Virus record (IMG/VR): IMGVR_UViG_3300042465_007039
Location: 1-64,000 of that record
Reading direction: 5' to 3' (one strand)
Source: an uncultured virus (IMG/VR IMGVR_UViG_3300042465_007039)
Lineage: Duplodnaviria > Heunggongvirae > Uroviricota > Caudoviricetes
DNA: 64,000 nt
Every line of letters begins with the position of its first letter. Positions within the stretch are counted from its first letter, which is position 1. Of the stretch, positions 1 to 10,470 are shown piece by piece. Below the pieces are notes generated by a model. It saw only the letters and a list, made by a program, of their open reading frames with translations, searched no databases and had not been told where the DNA came from. A program made the translations under genes and the position numbers.

Positions 1-196
1 AGTCTATGACTGGGTGTGTGTGGAACACGGACGTTGGACTCGTGGCATAGACATCGAAGATGAAAATGGTAAAATTACTCTACGTCGAGTTGATCCCAAA
101 GACATCATGATGACTGCTGATCAAAAGCCAGACGATCTTACTTTCTCTGGAGCAATTCACGTGGAAGCCAAACCCAGTCACATGCAGCACAACTGA
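1..196 (+). CDS. GroES-like co-chaperonin, C-terminal part (5' truncated by window edge)
   Basis: Open frame from the window edge reads VYDWVCVEHGRWTRG, a motif typical of large-phage GroES-like proteins. Confidence 0.55.
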   Translation, partial: VYDWVCVEHGRWTRGIDIEDENGKITLRRVDPKDIMMTADQKPDDLTFSGAIHVEAKPSHMQHN

Positions 197-197
197 C

Positions 198-449
198 ATG
201 GGATTTCAAACACCCATGGACTACAAATCGTTGCATGATCAAATCTGCAAGAGTGGTGCTGAACTTTGCAGCCCTTACAATGACGGATACACCACATGGG
301 AAATCAAAAAAGACCTGTACCAGCTGAAATTTTTGCTGGACGAGATCTTGGCCAACTCTCCCACATATTCAGTGGAACCACAGTTTCTAGAGGAACAGTC
401 CAAAAAGAAAATGTGGAAAACTCTCACGCAACCACAAGGAAACACATGA
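198..449 (+). CDS. hypothetical protein
   Basis: 83-aa ORF tightly packed between neighbours. Confidence 0.7.
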   Translation: MGFQTPMDYKSLHDQICKSGAELCSPYNDGYTTWEIKKDLYQLKFLLDEILANSPTYSVEPQFLEEQSKKKMWKTLTQPQGNT

Positions 450-616
450 TAGATATTCAACCTAAAGACACCAGCCGCGGCCATTTTTATGTTAGCCTTG
501 CAAAGAGTGCTATTCGTATTGTGGCAGGCGGATGTTTGATCACAGGCAACTTGCTAATGGCAGGTGTTTGCTTGATTTTAGCCGAAGTGCTTGGCATTGT
601 TGAAGAATTAGTGTGA
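446..616 (+). CDS. small membrane protein
   Basis: AAGGA RBS, ATGA overlap with upstream stop, two hydrophobic segments. Confidence 0.65.
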   Translation: MIDIQPKDTSRGHFYVSLAKSAIRIVAGGCLITGNLLMAGVCLILAEVLGIVEELV

Positions 617-655
617 ATGTTGCATCAGTTGTTGTTACTGTTTAAAGTACACACA

Positions 656-661
656 TAAATA
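656..661 (+). promoter_or_regulatory. late promoter-like TAAATA upstream of desaturase operon
   Basis: CATAAATA in intergenic gap; the motif recurs ahead of many genes and resembles the T4 late promoter TATAAATA. Confidence 0.55.
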
Positions 662-683
662 TGGTTATCCCCGGGGCCACATT

Positions 684-1442
684 ATGCACAAACCAACCCA
701 CAATCAGACTGTAAGGTCGTTGCAGATAACTAATCATCTGCTGAGTTTGGCTGGAATTTTTTATGTGGTTTATACATCACAATGGATTTGGTTATTGACA
801 GCATTGTTGACTTATTGGTTCATTGGAGTTTTTGGAATAAACATTGGACTTCACCGACTGTTGAGTCACAGAAGTTTTAAAACTTATTCCTGGTTTGAAA
901 AATTTGTAAGCGTAATTGGAGTCATCACAACTGTGGGATCTCCCTTGGCCTGGGTGGCTATTCATAGGCAGCATCATCGTGCTGCTGAAACTCCTGAAGA
1001 CCCCCATAGTCCGTATCAAATTGGTAACTTACGTGCCTGGTTTGGTATCTGGTCCCTGATTAAATTAGATACTAAACTAGTAAGAGACATGAGGCAAGAT
1101 CGTTTTCAGCGTTGGTTGCATCGCAACTATATCTGGGTAATTGCTGTCTATGCGTTGATATTATTGACGTTATGGGGGCCATTGGGCGTGATTTTTGGAT
1201 ATTGTTTGCCCGCCCTGTTGTGTTTACACTCAAGCAGTGCAATCATTGTGATTGCTCACAGGCATGGTTACAAGACACACAAATGTCGTGACGAAAGCCG
1301 TAACAGCTGGATTGCCAATATTATTACTCTGGGCGAAGGATGGCACAACAATCATCATGCCAAGCCATACGCCTGGAGTAACTGGGAAAAGTGGTGGGAA
1401 TGGGATGTTCCTGCAGTGATTATCTGGGCAATTAAAAAATGA
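684..1442 (+). CDS. membrane fatty-acid desaturase (delta-9 / DesC-like) 1
   Basis: His boxes HRLLSH, HRQHH, HNNHH; DPHSP and GEGWHNNHH; hydrophobic segments. Confidence 0.92.
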   Translation: MHKPTHNQTVRSLQITNHLLSLAGIFYVVYTSQWIWLLTALLTYWFIGVFGINIGLHRLLSHRSFKTYSWFEKFVSVIGVITTVGSPLAWVAIHRQHHRAAETPEDPHSPYQIGNLRAWFGIWSLIKLDTKLVRDMRQDRFQRWLHRNYIWVIAVYALILLTLWGPLGVIFGYCLPALLCLHSSSAIIVIAHRHGYKTHKCRDESRNSWIANIITLGEGWHNNHHAKPYAWSNWEKWWEWDVPAVIIWAIKK

Positions 1443-2155
1443 CATTTTATTATTTCTCAAGATTATTGCAAGTTATAACATTTGCATTTTCTCTGTATGT
1501 GTTTGATTGGCAGTATTTTATAATTGCAGTTGTTGTAGGCTGGGTGCTGGCTGGTTTCAGTATAAGTGTAATTTTGCATAGACAAATTTGCCACAATGCA
1601 TTCAAATTCAGAAATAAACTAGTAGAATTTTTGAGTTATACAATATTGGTTATTACTGGCCAAAGCTCACCGTTGTCCTGGGCTATAATACATCGACAAC
1701 ATCACTTGCATACTGACACAGAACTAGACCCACAGAGTCATCGAATTGTAGGGCATTGGCGCACATTGTTTTCTTGGTACAAGCCTAACAAAGTAAATCC
1801 TAGACAAGTAGTTGATCTATTGGCAAATACCAGAGTGATGTTTTTGCATCGGCACATAGATAAACTATTTTTAACTTATGCTGCAATTATGATAGCAGTT
1901 AGCCCAATACTATTTTTGTATGCTGTTGGTGTGGTCCCTGTCGTTGCCTATTTGTTTATTGGTATAATCAACACATTTGGACACCGTGATGAACAACGCA
2001 TACACGGCACCTATGCTGCTAATTTGCCATTTGCTGCAATGTTTTGGGGAGAGAGCTATCACAAAACACACCACTTGACTCCCAGGGCCCAGCAACTAGG
2101 TCAATACGATTTTGGTTTTTACATAATACAAATATTGAAAAAACAACATGAATAA
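1439..2155 (+). CDS. membrane fatty-acid desaturase 2
   Basis: His boxes HRQICH, HRQHH, HKTHH; INTFGH. Confidence 0.88.
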   Translation: MTFYYFSRLLQVITFAFSLYVFDWQYFIIAVVVGWVLAGFSISVILHRQICHNAFKFRNKLVEFLSYTILVITGQSSPLSWAIIHRQHHLHTDTELDPQSHRIVGHWRTLFSWYKPNKVNPRQVVDLLANTRVMFLHRHIDKLFLTYAAIMIAVSPILFLYAVGVVPVVAYLFIGIINTFGHRDEQRIHGTYAANLPFAAMFWGESYHKTHHLTPRAQQLGQYDFGFYIIQILKKQHE

Positions 2156-2906
2156 ACATGCAATGCTAGTTATTGTCCCATTCCATCTTTTGGCCGTGGT
2201 GGGGTTGTTTTTTGTTGACCAGTATTGGCCCTGGGCAATCGCGTTCTTTGTGCTTTTTGGAATCATTGGCAACGGGGTCGCTGGACACAGATATTTTGCG
2301 CACAGATCTTTTCAGGTGGCCAAGTGGTTGCATCCAGTATTGACCTACCTCAATGTTATGTCTGCATTTGCACCACCCACATACTGGGTGATACAACATG
2401 CACATCATCACAGAACATCAGACAAGAACGAAGATATTCATAGCCCTCGACGAGGACTTTGGCAATCTTGGTATGGGTGGTTGTTTGATCAGCCCTATGT
2501 AGAATTTATGTTGAGTAACAAAATGGCAGTGGCCAAGGCAGTGATCAAAAGCCGAGTACAGTGGGTTGAACGGCATTACTACAAAACATTATTTGTGTCT
2601 ATTGCTATAGTTGCTGTGATAAATTGGCAAGTTGCATTGATGTATTTTGTTGCGTATGCTGCTGAAATGTTTAGAATTGGTGCAGTAAACACAGTTTGTC
2701 ATAGTTGGGGTTATAGAAATCATGACACATCAGATCACAGCAAAAATAACATTTTGGTGGGCATTCTGGGCATGGGATTTGGTTGGCACAACAATCATCA
2801 TGCTAATCCTTCACGCTTGATACTTACCGAACGCTGGTGGGAGATCGACATAGAAGGATACATAGCCTGGCTATTGAGTAGAACACATCAAGGAAAAATT
2901 CAATGA
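2148..2906 (+). CDS. membrane fatty-acid desaturase 3
   Basis: His boxes HRYFAH, HAHHH, HNNHH; DIHSP; NTVCH. Confidence 0.9.
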   Translation: MNKHAMLVIVPFHLLAVVGLFFVDQYWPWAIAFFVLFGIIGNGVAGHRYFAHRSFQVAKWLHPVLTYLNVMSAFAPPTYWVIQHAHHHRTSDKNEDIHSPRRGLWQSWYGWLFDQPYVEFMLSNKMAVAKAVIKSRVQWVERHYYKTLFVSIAIVAVINWQVALMYFVAYAAEMFRIGAVNTVCHSWGYRNHDTSDHSKNNILVGILGMGFGWHNNHHANPSRLILTERWWEIDIEGYIAWLLSRTHQGKIQ

Positions 2907-3679
2907 CATATTATCGAAAACATTTTTTTGCAGTTATTTGTGTGCAGATGATGCTGGCAGGTGTAGCTGTTACAGATTTAGCTGTAAACGGCACAACGAT
3001 ATGGTTGTATGCAACATTTATCATGTGGTTCTTGATGTACGTGGTCGGAGAAGGCATTTTCCTACACAGATATTTTGCACACAAATCTTTTGAAACTCAT
3101 CCTGTACTAGCAAAAGTTTTTTCAGTATTTGCAGCACTTGGCGGATTTGGCGGCCCAATTGGTTATCGCGCAGCTCATATAGGATTACATCATGCGCACT
3201 CAGACAAACCTGGAGATTGCCACAGTCCTGTACAAAATGGATTCTGGTACGCAGCAGTGACCTGGCATTTGCATAACCATAAATTGCCCATGTTACTCTG
3301 CAAGTCGCTGCTGAGAGATCCATTTTACGTCTGGTTGGAAAATCATGTCATCAGCATTTGGTGGACCACACTTGTGGTATTTGCTTTTATTGACATGAGA
3401 TTAGCTGTGTATGGTCTAGGGTTAGCAGGATTTATAGGATTTGTATTTGTTGCAATTACAAATGCCGCGGCTCATACCTACGGCACACGCAGATTTCAAA
3501 CCGACGACAACAGCCGTAATATATCCATCCTGAGTTGGATAACTTGGCAGGGATCATCAGTACTGCAAAACAATCATCATGCACATCCTGGACGATTTCA
3601 CGACAGCTGGGCCTGGTATGAGTTCGACATTGGAAAATGGTTGATTCCACTGATAGCCACCCGAATAAATCAAAGATAG
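2903..3679 (+). CDS. membrane fatty-acid desaturase 4 (variant His boxes)
   Basis: HRYFAH, HIGLHH, QNNHH (His to Gln in third box); DCHSP. Confidence 0.85.
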   Translation: MTYYRKHFFAVICVQMMLAGVAVTDLAVNGTTIWLYATFIMWFLMYVVGEGIFLHRYFAHKSFETHPVLAKVFSVFAALGGFGGPIGYRAAHIGLHHAHSDKPGDCHSPVQNGFWYAAVTWHLHNHKLPMLLCKSLLRDPFYVWLENHVISIWWTTLVVFAFIDMRLAVYGLGLAGFIGFVFVAITNAAAHTYGTRRFQTDDNSRNISILSWITWQGSSVLQNNHHAHPGRFHDSWAWYEFDIGKWLIPLIATRINQR

Positions 3680-3680
3680 C

Positions 3681-3709
3681 TTGACTTCCTGCACAATATG
3701 TAGTAAACT
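3681..3709 (+). promoter_or_regulatory. sigma70-like promoter
   Basis: TTGACT-17nt-TAAACT upstream of clamp loader. Confidence 0.55.
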
Positions 3710-3742
3710 ACCAGTAGTGTTACATTATTAAAAGGAAAAAGA

Positions 3743-4666
3743 ATGAAACAACTATGGGTAGAAAAATATCGTCCTAATACTGTGGACGGATATGTGTTTG
3801 TGGATCAAGCACAACGAGAACAAGTGGAGTCTTGGATTCGTGATGGATCAATTCCGCATCTAATGCTGAGTGGGTCAGCGGGCACAGGCAAAACTACACT
3901 GGCCAAACTGTTGATCAAACAACTGGGCGTGGACGAGTATGATGTGATGATGGCCAATGGATCCAAAGAAGCCCGCAAGGTAGAATGGGTTGATCGACTT
4001 ATCAGTTTCTGTCAGACCATGCCGTATGGCAAATTTAAAGTGGTGCTGATTGACGAAGCAGATTACATGAATATTAATTCAGTTCAGCCTGCACTGCGTA
4101 ACTTGATGGAAGACTACAGCCAGACCGTGCGGTTTATTTTGACCTGTAACTATCCTCATAAAATTATACCAGCAATACACAGTCGTTGCCAAGGATTTCA
4201 TATTGCCAAGACTGACCACACAGAATTCACAGCCCGTGCTGCCACAGTACTGGTGTCTGAAGGTGTGGAGTTTGATCTAGATGAACTTGACAGCTATGTC
4301 AAGGCCACATACCCTGATCTTCGCAAGTGTCTAAATTTGTTGCAGCCCAACTCACAATCAGGACAACTGCAGCCCCCCAGTGCCGCAGACAAAAGTGCAC
4401 GTGACTGGAAGCTGGAGTGTGTGGACCTGTTTAAAAAGGGTCGAGTTCGCGAGGCACGAACTCTGCTGTGTCAAAGTTCTACTCCTGAAGAAGCCGAAGA
4501 TATTTTCCGCTGGATGTACGACAACCTGGAACTATGGGGCTCGACTCCTGAGCAACAAGATCAAGCTATTGTGATTATTCGCAACGGACTTGTGAGCAAC
4601 AACGCTGTGGCTGACGTTGAGATCAATCTAAGTGCTACTCTGATTGAACTGGCAGGAATACAATGA
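3743..4666 (+). CDS. clamp loader / RFC small subunit-like AAA+ ATPase
   Basis: LWVEKYRP, Walker A GSAGTGKT, Walker B DEAD, SRC motif. Confidence 0.93.
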   Translation: MKQLWVEKYRPNTVDGYVFVDQAQREQVESWIRDGSIPHLMLSGSAGTGKTTLAKLLIKQLGVDEYDVMMANGSKEARKVEWVDRLISFCQTMPYGKFKVVLIDEADYMNINSVQPALRNLMEDYSQTVRFILTCNYPHKIIPAIHSRCQGFHIAKTDHTEFTARAATVLVSEGVEFDLDELDSYVKATYPDLRKCLNLLQPNSQSGQLQPPSAADKSARDWKLECVDLFKKGRVREARTLLCQSSTPEEAEDIFRWMYDNLELWGSTPEQQDQAIVIIRNGLVSNNAVADVEINLSATLIELAGIQ

Positions 4667-4974
4667 GATATCTTACACTTACCTACTACACCAAACCCGA
4701 CGGCAAAATTGACGAAGCAATGGCCGTGAGCAAGAACATCAGGACACGGGACCTGCAGACGGCCAGTGTGATCCTGGACTTTAAAAAGCTCCAAGTGGTC
4801 AAGTGCAGCATGAACGGTGTACAGGTTCCCAAAGACTGGGACAGAATTGTGACCTACTATCATCAACACTATGCTGCCACCATTGAGCGATTGTTTGCAG
4901 AAAACGGCTGGGAAGTTGTTAAACCAGAAACTACAACCAAGGAACCTCATGAACCAACGCCTAATACTAACTGA
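4663..4974 (+). CDS. hypothetical protein
   Basis: ORF coupled by ATGA overlap to clamp loader. Confidence 0.75.
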   Translation: MRYLTLTYYTKPDGKIDEAMAVSKNIRTRDLQTASVILDFKKLQVVKCSMNGVQVPKDWDRIVTYYHQHYAATIERLFAENGWEVVKPETTTKEPHEPTPNTN

Positions 4975-5560
4975 CGCAGACGGCGTGTTGCTGGACTGGG
5001 AATGGGCATTTTCAGTTTGGATGCAGGAGCGTGGGTACACACTCACCGCAGACAACAAGAAAAGCTATCTGCTGCATCATCACTACCGTGAACTGGAAGA
5101 AAAAGACGCCAAAAAGGTTGTAAAAACCTTCAACGAATCGGCTGCTGTGGGCTTCTTGCCTGCCTTGCGTGATGCCACCTACTATGTCAAACGCCTGTAT
5201 GAAGAACACGGCTATCAGTTTCGAGTGATCACCAGTCTGAGCCTGGACCGAAATGCTGCCAAGCTGAGAGAAATGAACCTGAACAAACTGTTTGGTAATG
5301 CAATTGAAAGTGTGATTTGCCTGGACACCGGCGCAGACAAAGATTCAGCACTAGAACCCTATCGTGGCAGCGGCATGTGGTGGATTGAGGACAAGCCCGA
5401 AAATGCTGATGTCGGCCATGCACTGGGGCTACGGAGTCTCTTAATAGAACACGGGCACAACATGCATCATGTGTGTCCGTATCCTGTTGTTAAAAATTGG
5501 AAAGAGATCTATTCTATAATTGCTCCTAGTGAGAATACAGTCTCAACACATCACCAATAA
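4949..5560 (+). CDS. HAD-superfamily hydrolase (5'-nucleotidase-like)
   Basis: DADGVLLDW motif I, IED motif IV; AAGGA RBS before ATG 4949. Confidence 0.8.
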   Translation: MNQRLILTDADGVLLDWEWAFSVWMQERGYTLTADNKKSYLLHHHYRELEEKDAKKVVKTFNESAAVGFLPALRDATYYVKRLYEEHGYQFRVITSLSLDRNAAKLREMNLNKLFGNAIESVICLDTGADKDSALEPYRGSGMWWIEDKPENADVGHALGLRSLLIEHGHNMHHVCPYPVVKNWKEIYSIIAPSENTVSTHHQ

Positions 5561-6269
5561 TTTTATGGCGCTGCACATCTCGAGCTCCAAGTTCGCACAC
5601 AGCGATACCCGGAACTGAGTTTCCTTTCAATCGTTTACAAAGATCCATCAAGCCGTTGTCTCCGTGATTACGATCGGCTTGCTCCACATCTCCTGTGATA
5701 ACAATGCGTGAGTTTTGTCCAATACGTGTCATTAACATCTTGACCTGTGCTGGTGTTGCGTTTTGCATTTCATCCGCAATAATCCAGGCATTTTTGAAGG
5801 TGCGGCCGCGCATGTATGCCAGTGGCGCAATTTCCACAGTTTGATCTTCTATCATGGTCACAATGTCTTGGGCACGATAACATTCCCGCATGACGTCCAA
5901 CAACGGACGGGTCCACGGCTCCATTTTTTGATTAAGGTCTCCAGGTAGGAAACCATGTGATTCACCTTCTACACCCACTGCTGGGCGAGTCAGCACAATC
6001 CTCGAGCACTCTCCTGTTCTAAGAGCTTGAACTGCGGCCAACATAGCAAGGTAAGTTTTACCTGTACCTGCTGGACCCACAGTGACAACTATGTGTTGTG
6101 AAGAATCTTGCAAAGCCAATACCAATTGCTCTTGATTTCGTGTTCGAGGGATCAAGTCTATGCGTCTAGGAGCCGCCTTAGGTGCTTGCGAAAAGTTTAT
6201 GGTGTTTTCTACTGCCTGATTCATACGTTTGTTTTGTGCTTTTTGGGCGCGATTTCTACTCAAATGCAT
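5526..6269 (-). CDS. phoH: PhoH-like ATPase
   Basis: GPAGTGKT, LTRPAV, GFLPGDL, YMRGRTF, DEMQN, TGDVEQAD. Confidence 0.95.
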   Translation of the reverse strand: MHLSRNRAQKAQNKRMNQAVENTINFSQAPKAAPRRIDLIPRTRNQEQLVLALQDSSQHIVVTVGPAGTGKTYLAMLAAVQALRTGECSRIVLTRPAVGVEGESHGFLPGDLNQKMEPWTRPLLDVMRECYRAQDIVTMIEDQTVEIAPLAYMRGRTFKNAWIIADEMQNATPAQVKMLMTRIGQNSRIVITGDVEQADRNHGDNGLMDLCKRLKGNSVPGIAVCELGARDVQRHKIIGDVLRLYSH

Positions 6270-6300
6270 TTCTCCTGGTGTAAGTCCTCTTGGACACTAA

Positions 6301-6306
6301 TATTTA
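6301..6306 (-). promoter_or_regulatory. late promoter-like TAAATA for phoH
   Basis: TATTTA on plus strand in divergent intergenic region. Confidence 0.45.
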
Positions 6307-6412
6307 CAGTAACGTACTCAATGATAAGTGGGTGGTGATTTTTAATATCTGGATCATAAGTATTTGGCTTTGTTCCTGATATTCAAGATACAAGCTATCA
6401 TGTTCGGTGCCA

Positions 6413-6418
6413 TAAATA
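6413..6418 (+). promoter_or_regulatory. late promoter-like TAAATA
   Basis: CATAAATA 5 nt before ATG 6424. Confidence 0.6.
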
Positions 6419-6423
6419 CTTTC

Positions 6424-7014
6424 ATGGACAAAGAACTCTTTAAGGACCACACGGATTACTGGCAAGTGGCCAACAACATCCGCGATATCTACATGTCAGA
6501 AGGCAGTATCGCCACGCTGTTGGATTTTGAGCGTGTGCTAGACGAAGTTGATCTGTATGCTTTCAAAAACTGGAGCATTGGAGAACTGGTAGCAGGCCCT
6601 GAAATTTCAAAGTATCGTGTGACCTGCACGTTTATGTGGCCGCTAAATCTCATGCCTGATCCACGTGGTGCACGTAGACTGCTGCCGTTTGATTGCGAAA
6701 TAGAGTATCAGAAAAAAGAAATCAAGATTCCGGTCAAAATCAACGACCCGTCGGACTATCGAGGCGGAACCATGAAAGCCAAGCTCATGACCAAACAGGT
6801 GTGGTTGGTGTCAATCACTATGCCCAAAAGTCTCATGAACGACATTCGTACAGGATCCATTGAAATGGAAGATCAAGACATTGATCTTGATGAACTAGAT
6901 CAAGCCTATGAGCAGGATCTAGACAAAGAAGCTGTCCAAAGCGACCAACAGGCACAAGATGCAGAACAATCACTACAACAATCCGTTCAACCCGGCCAAG
7001 CCCCTGCTGCTTGA
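6424..7014 (+). CDS. hypothetical protein, acidic C-terminus
   Basis: ORF; start placed at the ATG following TAAATA. Confidence 0.75.
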   Translation: MDKELFKDHTDYWQVANNIRDIYMSEGSIATLLDFERVLDEVDLYAFKNWSIGELVAGPEISKYRVTCTFMWPLNLMPDPRGARRLLPFDCEIEYQKKEIKIPVKINDPSDYRGGTMKAKLMTKQVWLVSITMPKSLMNDIRTGSIEMEDQDIDLDELDQAYEQDLDKEAVQSDQQAQDAEQSLQQSVQPGQAPAA

Positions 7015-7534
7015 AGGTCTTGAATACAAAGACATGGAGGGCCTGATCAAGCCCACAATCTTTGTGGACGAATTTGCGGCCAAGATGGGCGACGATGATG
7101 ATATCATTGTGATTTCATTCTTTGTGCGTGACCTACAAGCAGCCAAGGACCTGATGGCCTGGTTTGAAAAAGGCTATGACTTTGTGCTGGATGCAGATCG
7201 CAGCCCCGGCGAAATCAAACCAGGACGATACCTGGTTTATGTGGAACTGCGTCGCAGAAGCACTGCACCAGTCAATGTCAATACACTGCTGGAAGACCTT
7301 GCCAGCCTAACAGAATTTGACACTGCAGACTGGCGCATGAGCTACAAAGGCAATGAGTCTGACTGGAGCGAAGAAGCATTTGCTGAACAAGTTCCACTCA
7401 CACCCGACGCATATCGCAAGCGTTATGAAGGCGACCTAAACGAAATGCGTGTGGCAGCAGGTATTGCTCCACGCCGCATACATGAACCTCGTGAAGATGT
7501 ACAAGCACTACAAAGCATGGCAGGACTACGATAA
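6959..7534 (+). CDS. hypothetical protein
   Basis: 191-aa ORF in operon. Confidence 0.75.
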   Translation: MQNNHYNNPFNPAKPLLLEGLEYKDMEGLIKPTIFVDEFAAKMGDDDDIIVISFFVRDLQAAKDLMAWFEKGYDFVLDADRSPGEIKPGRYLVYVELRRRSTAPVNVNTLLEDLASLTEFDTADWRMSYKGNESDWSEEAFAEQVPLTPDAYRKRYEGDLNEMRVAAGIAPRRIHEPREDVQALQSMAGLR

Positions 7535-10005
7535 TGAGAATCACCGAACTAAACAAACGCACACGAATTGACGAATCCTTGCTGTTGCAAGATCCTGTTT
7601 ATCGCAGTTTCAAACAAGTGGGTCGCTACCTTGCTGAACGCCGCATGAGCGAAAAAGAAATTCTACAGGTGTTTGCTGACGCAGAAACAGGCATGACCAA
7701 CACAGCCACTGGCACCAATCGTACCATGCTGGGACGCGGCAAAGACAAGGCCACAGATCTTGCAGCCAGCATTAGAGATTCGGTCAACAAGGTGTTGAGC
7801 GGTGTACAGAATTCTGTGCCTGTGTCAGCAGTTGACACTGCTTACGATCAGGCCACTGATGCCCTGGCTGGCCTGGCCGGCGGACAAAAAGGTGCAGTAA
7901 TGCAGGCGATCAAGAAATATCGCATGCTGGTAAAGAAATATCCCAAGTCTGCTGGATTCGCCAAAGCAGCACTGGTGGCCGTCACAGGCCTGGCCACAGG
8001 CGGTGCAAGTCTTCCAGTCATTGCTGGCCTAACCTATGCGTTGGACGCAGCAATCAAAGGCGAAAAACTTTCCAGCGTGTTTGGCAAAGGTGCAGGTGCA
8101 GCAGCACTGGCCTGGGCAGGTCAATCTATTGCTGGTATGTTTGGGGCAGACCCAGCAGCTGGTGCAGCAGCCGCTGGTACTGATCCAGCTGCCGCGGCGT
8201 CTACATTTGTACCTGGTCCTGACTTGCCTACATACACTGTGCAAGCCGGCGACACACTGAGTCAGATTGCTCAAGCAAACGGTGTATCGGTACAAGAACT
8301 AGTTGGGCTAAATCCACAATTGGCAGCAGACGCTGGCGCTGTTGGTGGCCAGAATCTCAACCCTGACGTGATATTTCCCGGACAAGAAATTACATTGCCG
8401 CCTGCATCAGGAGCCGACGTTTATGCTGGTGGTGTAGGCACCAGTGCTGACACCATGGCAGACATTGCCAAAGGCAATGTGCCTGACAGTTCTATTTCGC
8501 AGACCGCAAGCCTGGAGCGCCTGGGAGGGGTTGACGCTGCTGATGTGAGTCAAGCTGCTGCTGATCCATCAAAATATTCTGCTCCTATTGATTACAGTCA
8601 ATCTGGACCAACCGGTACTGACTCACTGGGACAAAAATTAGAATACGGCATTCCTGTCAACGACAAGGGTAGTTTTATTCCACCAAACGCTGGTTTGCCC
8701 GCTGACGAATTGGCCAGACAAACAGCCGCATATGATGCCTGGAAAGCAGACTTTACCAAACGTTTTCCAAGTGCTGAACTACAGCCAGACGGATCTATGA
8801 AAGCGACCAAACCAGGCCTAGCGCCCATGTATCCATCAAACTACACACCCGGTGGTGCCAGCGGTTCAATAAGACCAAAAGGATTTACAGAATCTGTCAA
8901 GTTGATAAGATTACCGGTCAGTCAGTTGATTGACAAAAAAACAACCATCTTGAATTGGAAATTGAACGAAAGCACAGGACGCAAGAGCAAAACTGTGAAC
9001 TTAACCACTGCTGGCGCCTACACAGTGTTTGAAAACGTTGACCGATACCGCAAAGCCATCATGGAACTCAAGGGTGTGCCTGGAAGCACACGCCCGGCAT
9101 TGTATCGTCCCGACATGGCGGGTGCTCCAGTTGCACCTGCAGCCAAAAAACCCGGCCTATTGAGCCGTGGGCTCAGCAAAGTAGGTGGTGCACTGAGCAC
9201 ATTTGGTCGTCAATTTACCACCAACGTGACCAAAGAAAAACTCAAGATGAACTGGCATCAAAAGGGCAAACCCAGTGATTCAGATCAATTGGCTGCTTGG
9301 TTGGTCACACAAGGCGTGCCACAAGAAGTGGTAACTTCAGTTTACAGTAAAATGGGTCTACCAGTTGCTGCGGCTGCTACGGTAGCAGCACAACCAACAG
9401 CAGCACCAACAGCTCCTACCGCACCAACAACACCAACAACACCAACAGTAGCTACACCAACAGTAGCTACACCAACAACACCAACAACACCAACAGTAGC
9501 TACACCAACCGCCGCTACAACCAAGCCAACAGCAACCACAACAGCCGGTAAATTCCCAGGTGAAGATCCGCAAGGTGCTGGCTATATTGGTCGTAGAGAA
9601 GTTGCTCGTCGTCAGGCTGCACGTGATGCAGCGGCTGCCAAGAAACCAGTCACACCCAATTTTGGTCAACAGAATGCTGGTTACAAGAGTGTGAACTATG
9701 CACCCGCTATCAAAACTGGGGGTAGTTTGCCTAAATCAACTGCTGCACCAGCCGCAGCACCAACAAAGACACCAACTCAAGCAGAAAAGGATGCTTACAT
9801 CAAATCAATTGGCGCACCTGCCATGGCCGAAACCAGCAATGAAAAAATTGGTGGACGATACGAACCTGATGAGTTTGACGCCATGATGAGTAGACTCAAG
9901 AAACTGGCCGGGGCAGGACCGTTAAAAACTGTGTATGATCCTGCCCGACGTGTGTACAAGAATGTACCCACTGCTGCACAACCACTGACACAACCTAAAA
10001 AATGA
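7534..10005 (+). CDS. LysM-domain protein with hydrophobic segment and Thr/Pro/Ala-rich linker (probable virion protein)
   Basis: [28 protein letters not shown]...[10 protein letters not shown] is a LysM domain; N-terminus MRITEL. Confidence 0.8.
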   Translation: MRITELNKRTRIDESLLLQDPVYRSFKQVGRYLAERRMSEKEILQVFADAETGMTNTATGTNRTMLGRGKDKATDLAASIRDSVNKVLSGVQNSVPVSAVDTAYDQATDALAGLAGGQKGAVMQAIKKYRMLVKKYPKSAGFAKAALVAVTGLATGGASLPVIAGLTYALDAAIKGEKLSSVFGKGAGAAALAWAGQSIAGMFGADPAAGAAAAGTDPAAAASTFVPGPDLPTYTVQAGDTLSQIAQANGVSVQELVGLNPQLAADAGAVGGQNLNPDVIFPGQEITLPPASGADVYAGGVGTSADTMADIAKGNVPDSSISQTASLERLGGVDAADVSQAAADPSKYSAPIDYSQSGPTGTDSLGQKLEYGIPVNDKGSFIPPNAGLPADELARQTAAYDAWKADFTKRFPSAELQPDGSMKATKPGLAPMYPSNYTPGGASGSIRPKGFTESVKLIRLPVSQLIDKKTTILNWKLNESTGRKSKTVNLTTAGAYTVFENVDRYRKAIMELKGVPGSTRPALYRPDMAGAPVAPAAKKPGLLSRGLSKVGGALSTFGRQFTTNVTKEKLKMNWHQKGKPSDSDQLAAWLVTQGVPQEVVTSVYSKMGLPVAAAATVAAQPTAAPTAPTAPTTPTTPTVATPTVATPTTPTTPTVATPTAATTKPTATTTAGKFPGEDPQGAGYIGRREVARRQAARDAAAAKKPVTPNFGQQNAGYKSVNYAPAIKTGGSLPKSTAAPAAAPTKTPTQAEKDAYIKSIGAPAMAETSNEKIGGRYEPDEFDAMMSRLKKLAGAGPLKTVYDPARRVYKNVPTAAQPLTQPKK
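9391..9545 (+). repeat. in-frame tandem repeats (CCAACAACA / CCAACAGTAGCTACA) encoding PTT and PTVAT
   Basis: Directly visible 9- and 15-bp iterations. Confidence 0.9.
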
Positions 10006-10109
10006 AAACATACAACTTCACAGTCAACGGCAAGACTTATACTATTGAAGCTGAAAACTTTCAGGTAGCTCGTGCTATTCTGGCTCAGCGTATTTCAGCT
10101 GGTGCCTAA
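10002..10109 (+). CDS. 35-aa microprotein [35 protein letters not shown]
   Basis: Fills gap with ATGA overlap; paralog at 11619. Confidence 0.65.
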   Translation: MKTYNFTVNGKTYTIEAENFQVARAILAQRISAGA

Positions 10110-10110
10110 C

Positions 10111-10470
10111 ATGAGATACAGAGAAATTCTCGAAGCTTGTTGGACTGGTTACCGCCAGGCTGGCATGAAGAAAAAAGGCGATCGCATGGTGCCCAATTGT
10201 GTTCCTGTGAACGAAGCCGAACTGGAAGAAGATCTACGCAAGTGGTTCAAACAAAAATGGGTGCGGTTTGGACCTGATGGCAAGATCCGTGGTGACTGTG
10301 CCCGTGGTTCAGAATCTGAAGGCAAGCCCAAGTGTTTGCCACAGGCCAAGGCACATGCACTGGGCAAAAAAGGTCGTGCAAGTGCAGCAGCCAGAAAACG
10401 CCGCAAAGATCCTGATGCCAATCGTTCAGGCCCAGCAATAAATGTTAGTACCAAAGGAAAAAGCAAATGA
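10111..10470 (+). CDS. small modular basic Cys-containing protein
   Basis: MRYREILE leader, then module ACWTGY...VPNCVP, LEE junction, module DLRKWFKQKWV...KPKCLP. Confidence 0.75.
   Translation: MRYREILEACWTGYRQAGMKKKGDRMVPNCVPVNEAELEEDLRKWFKQKWVRFGPDGKIRGDCARGSESEGKPKCLPQAKAHALGKKGRASAAARKRRKDPDANRSGPAINVSTKGKSK

Noticed and set aside
5526..5560. 3' overlap of HAD and phoH genes, and similar overlaps at 15790-15809 and 35717-35742
   Set aside because: Short convergent overlaps are ordinary in compact phage genomes
9342..9669. Minus-strand ORFs with Val/Gly or Cys/Trp repeats, and the repeat itself as a possible CRISPR array
   Set aside because: They are antisense shadows of the PT-rich coding repeat; units are 9-15 bp, in frame, with no unique spacers
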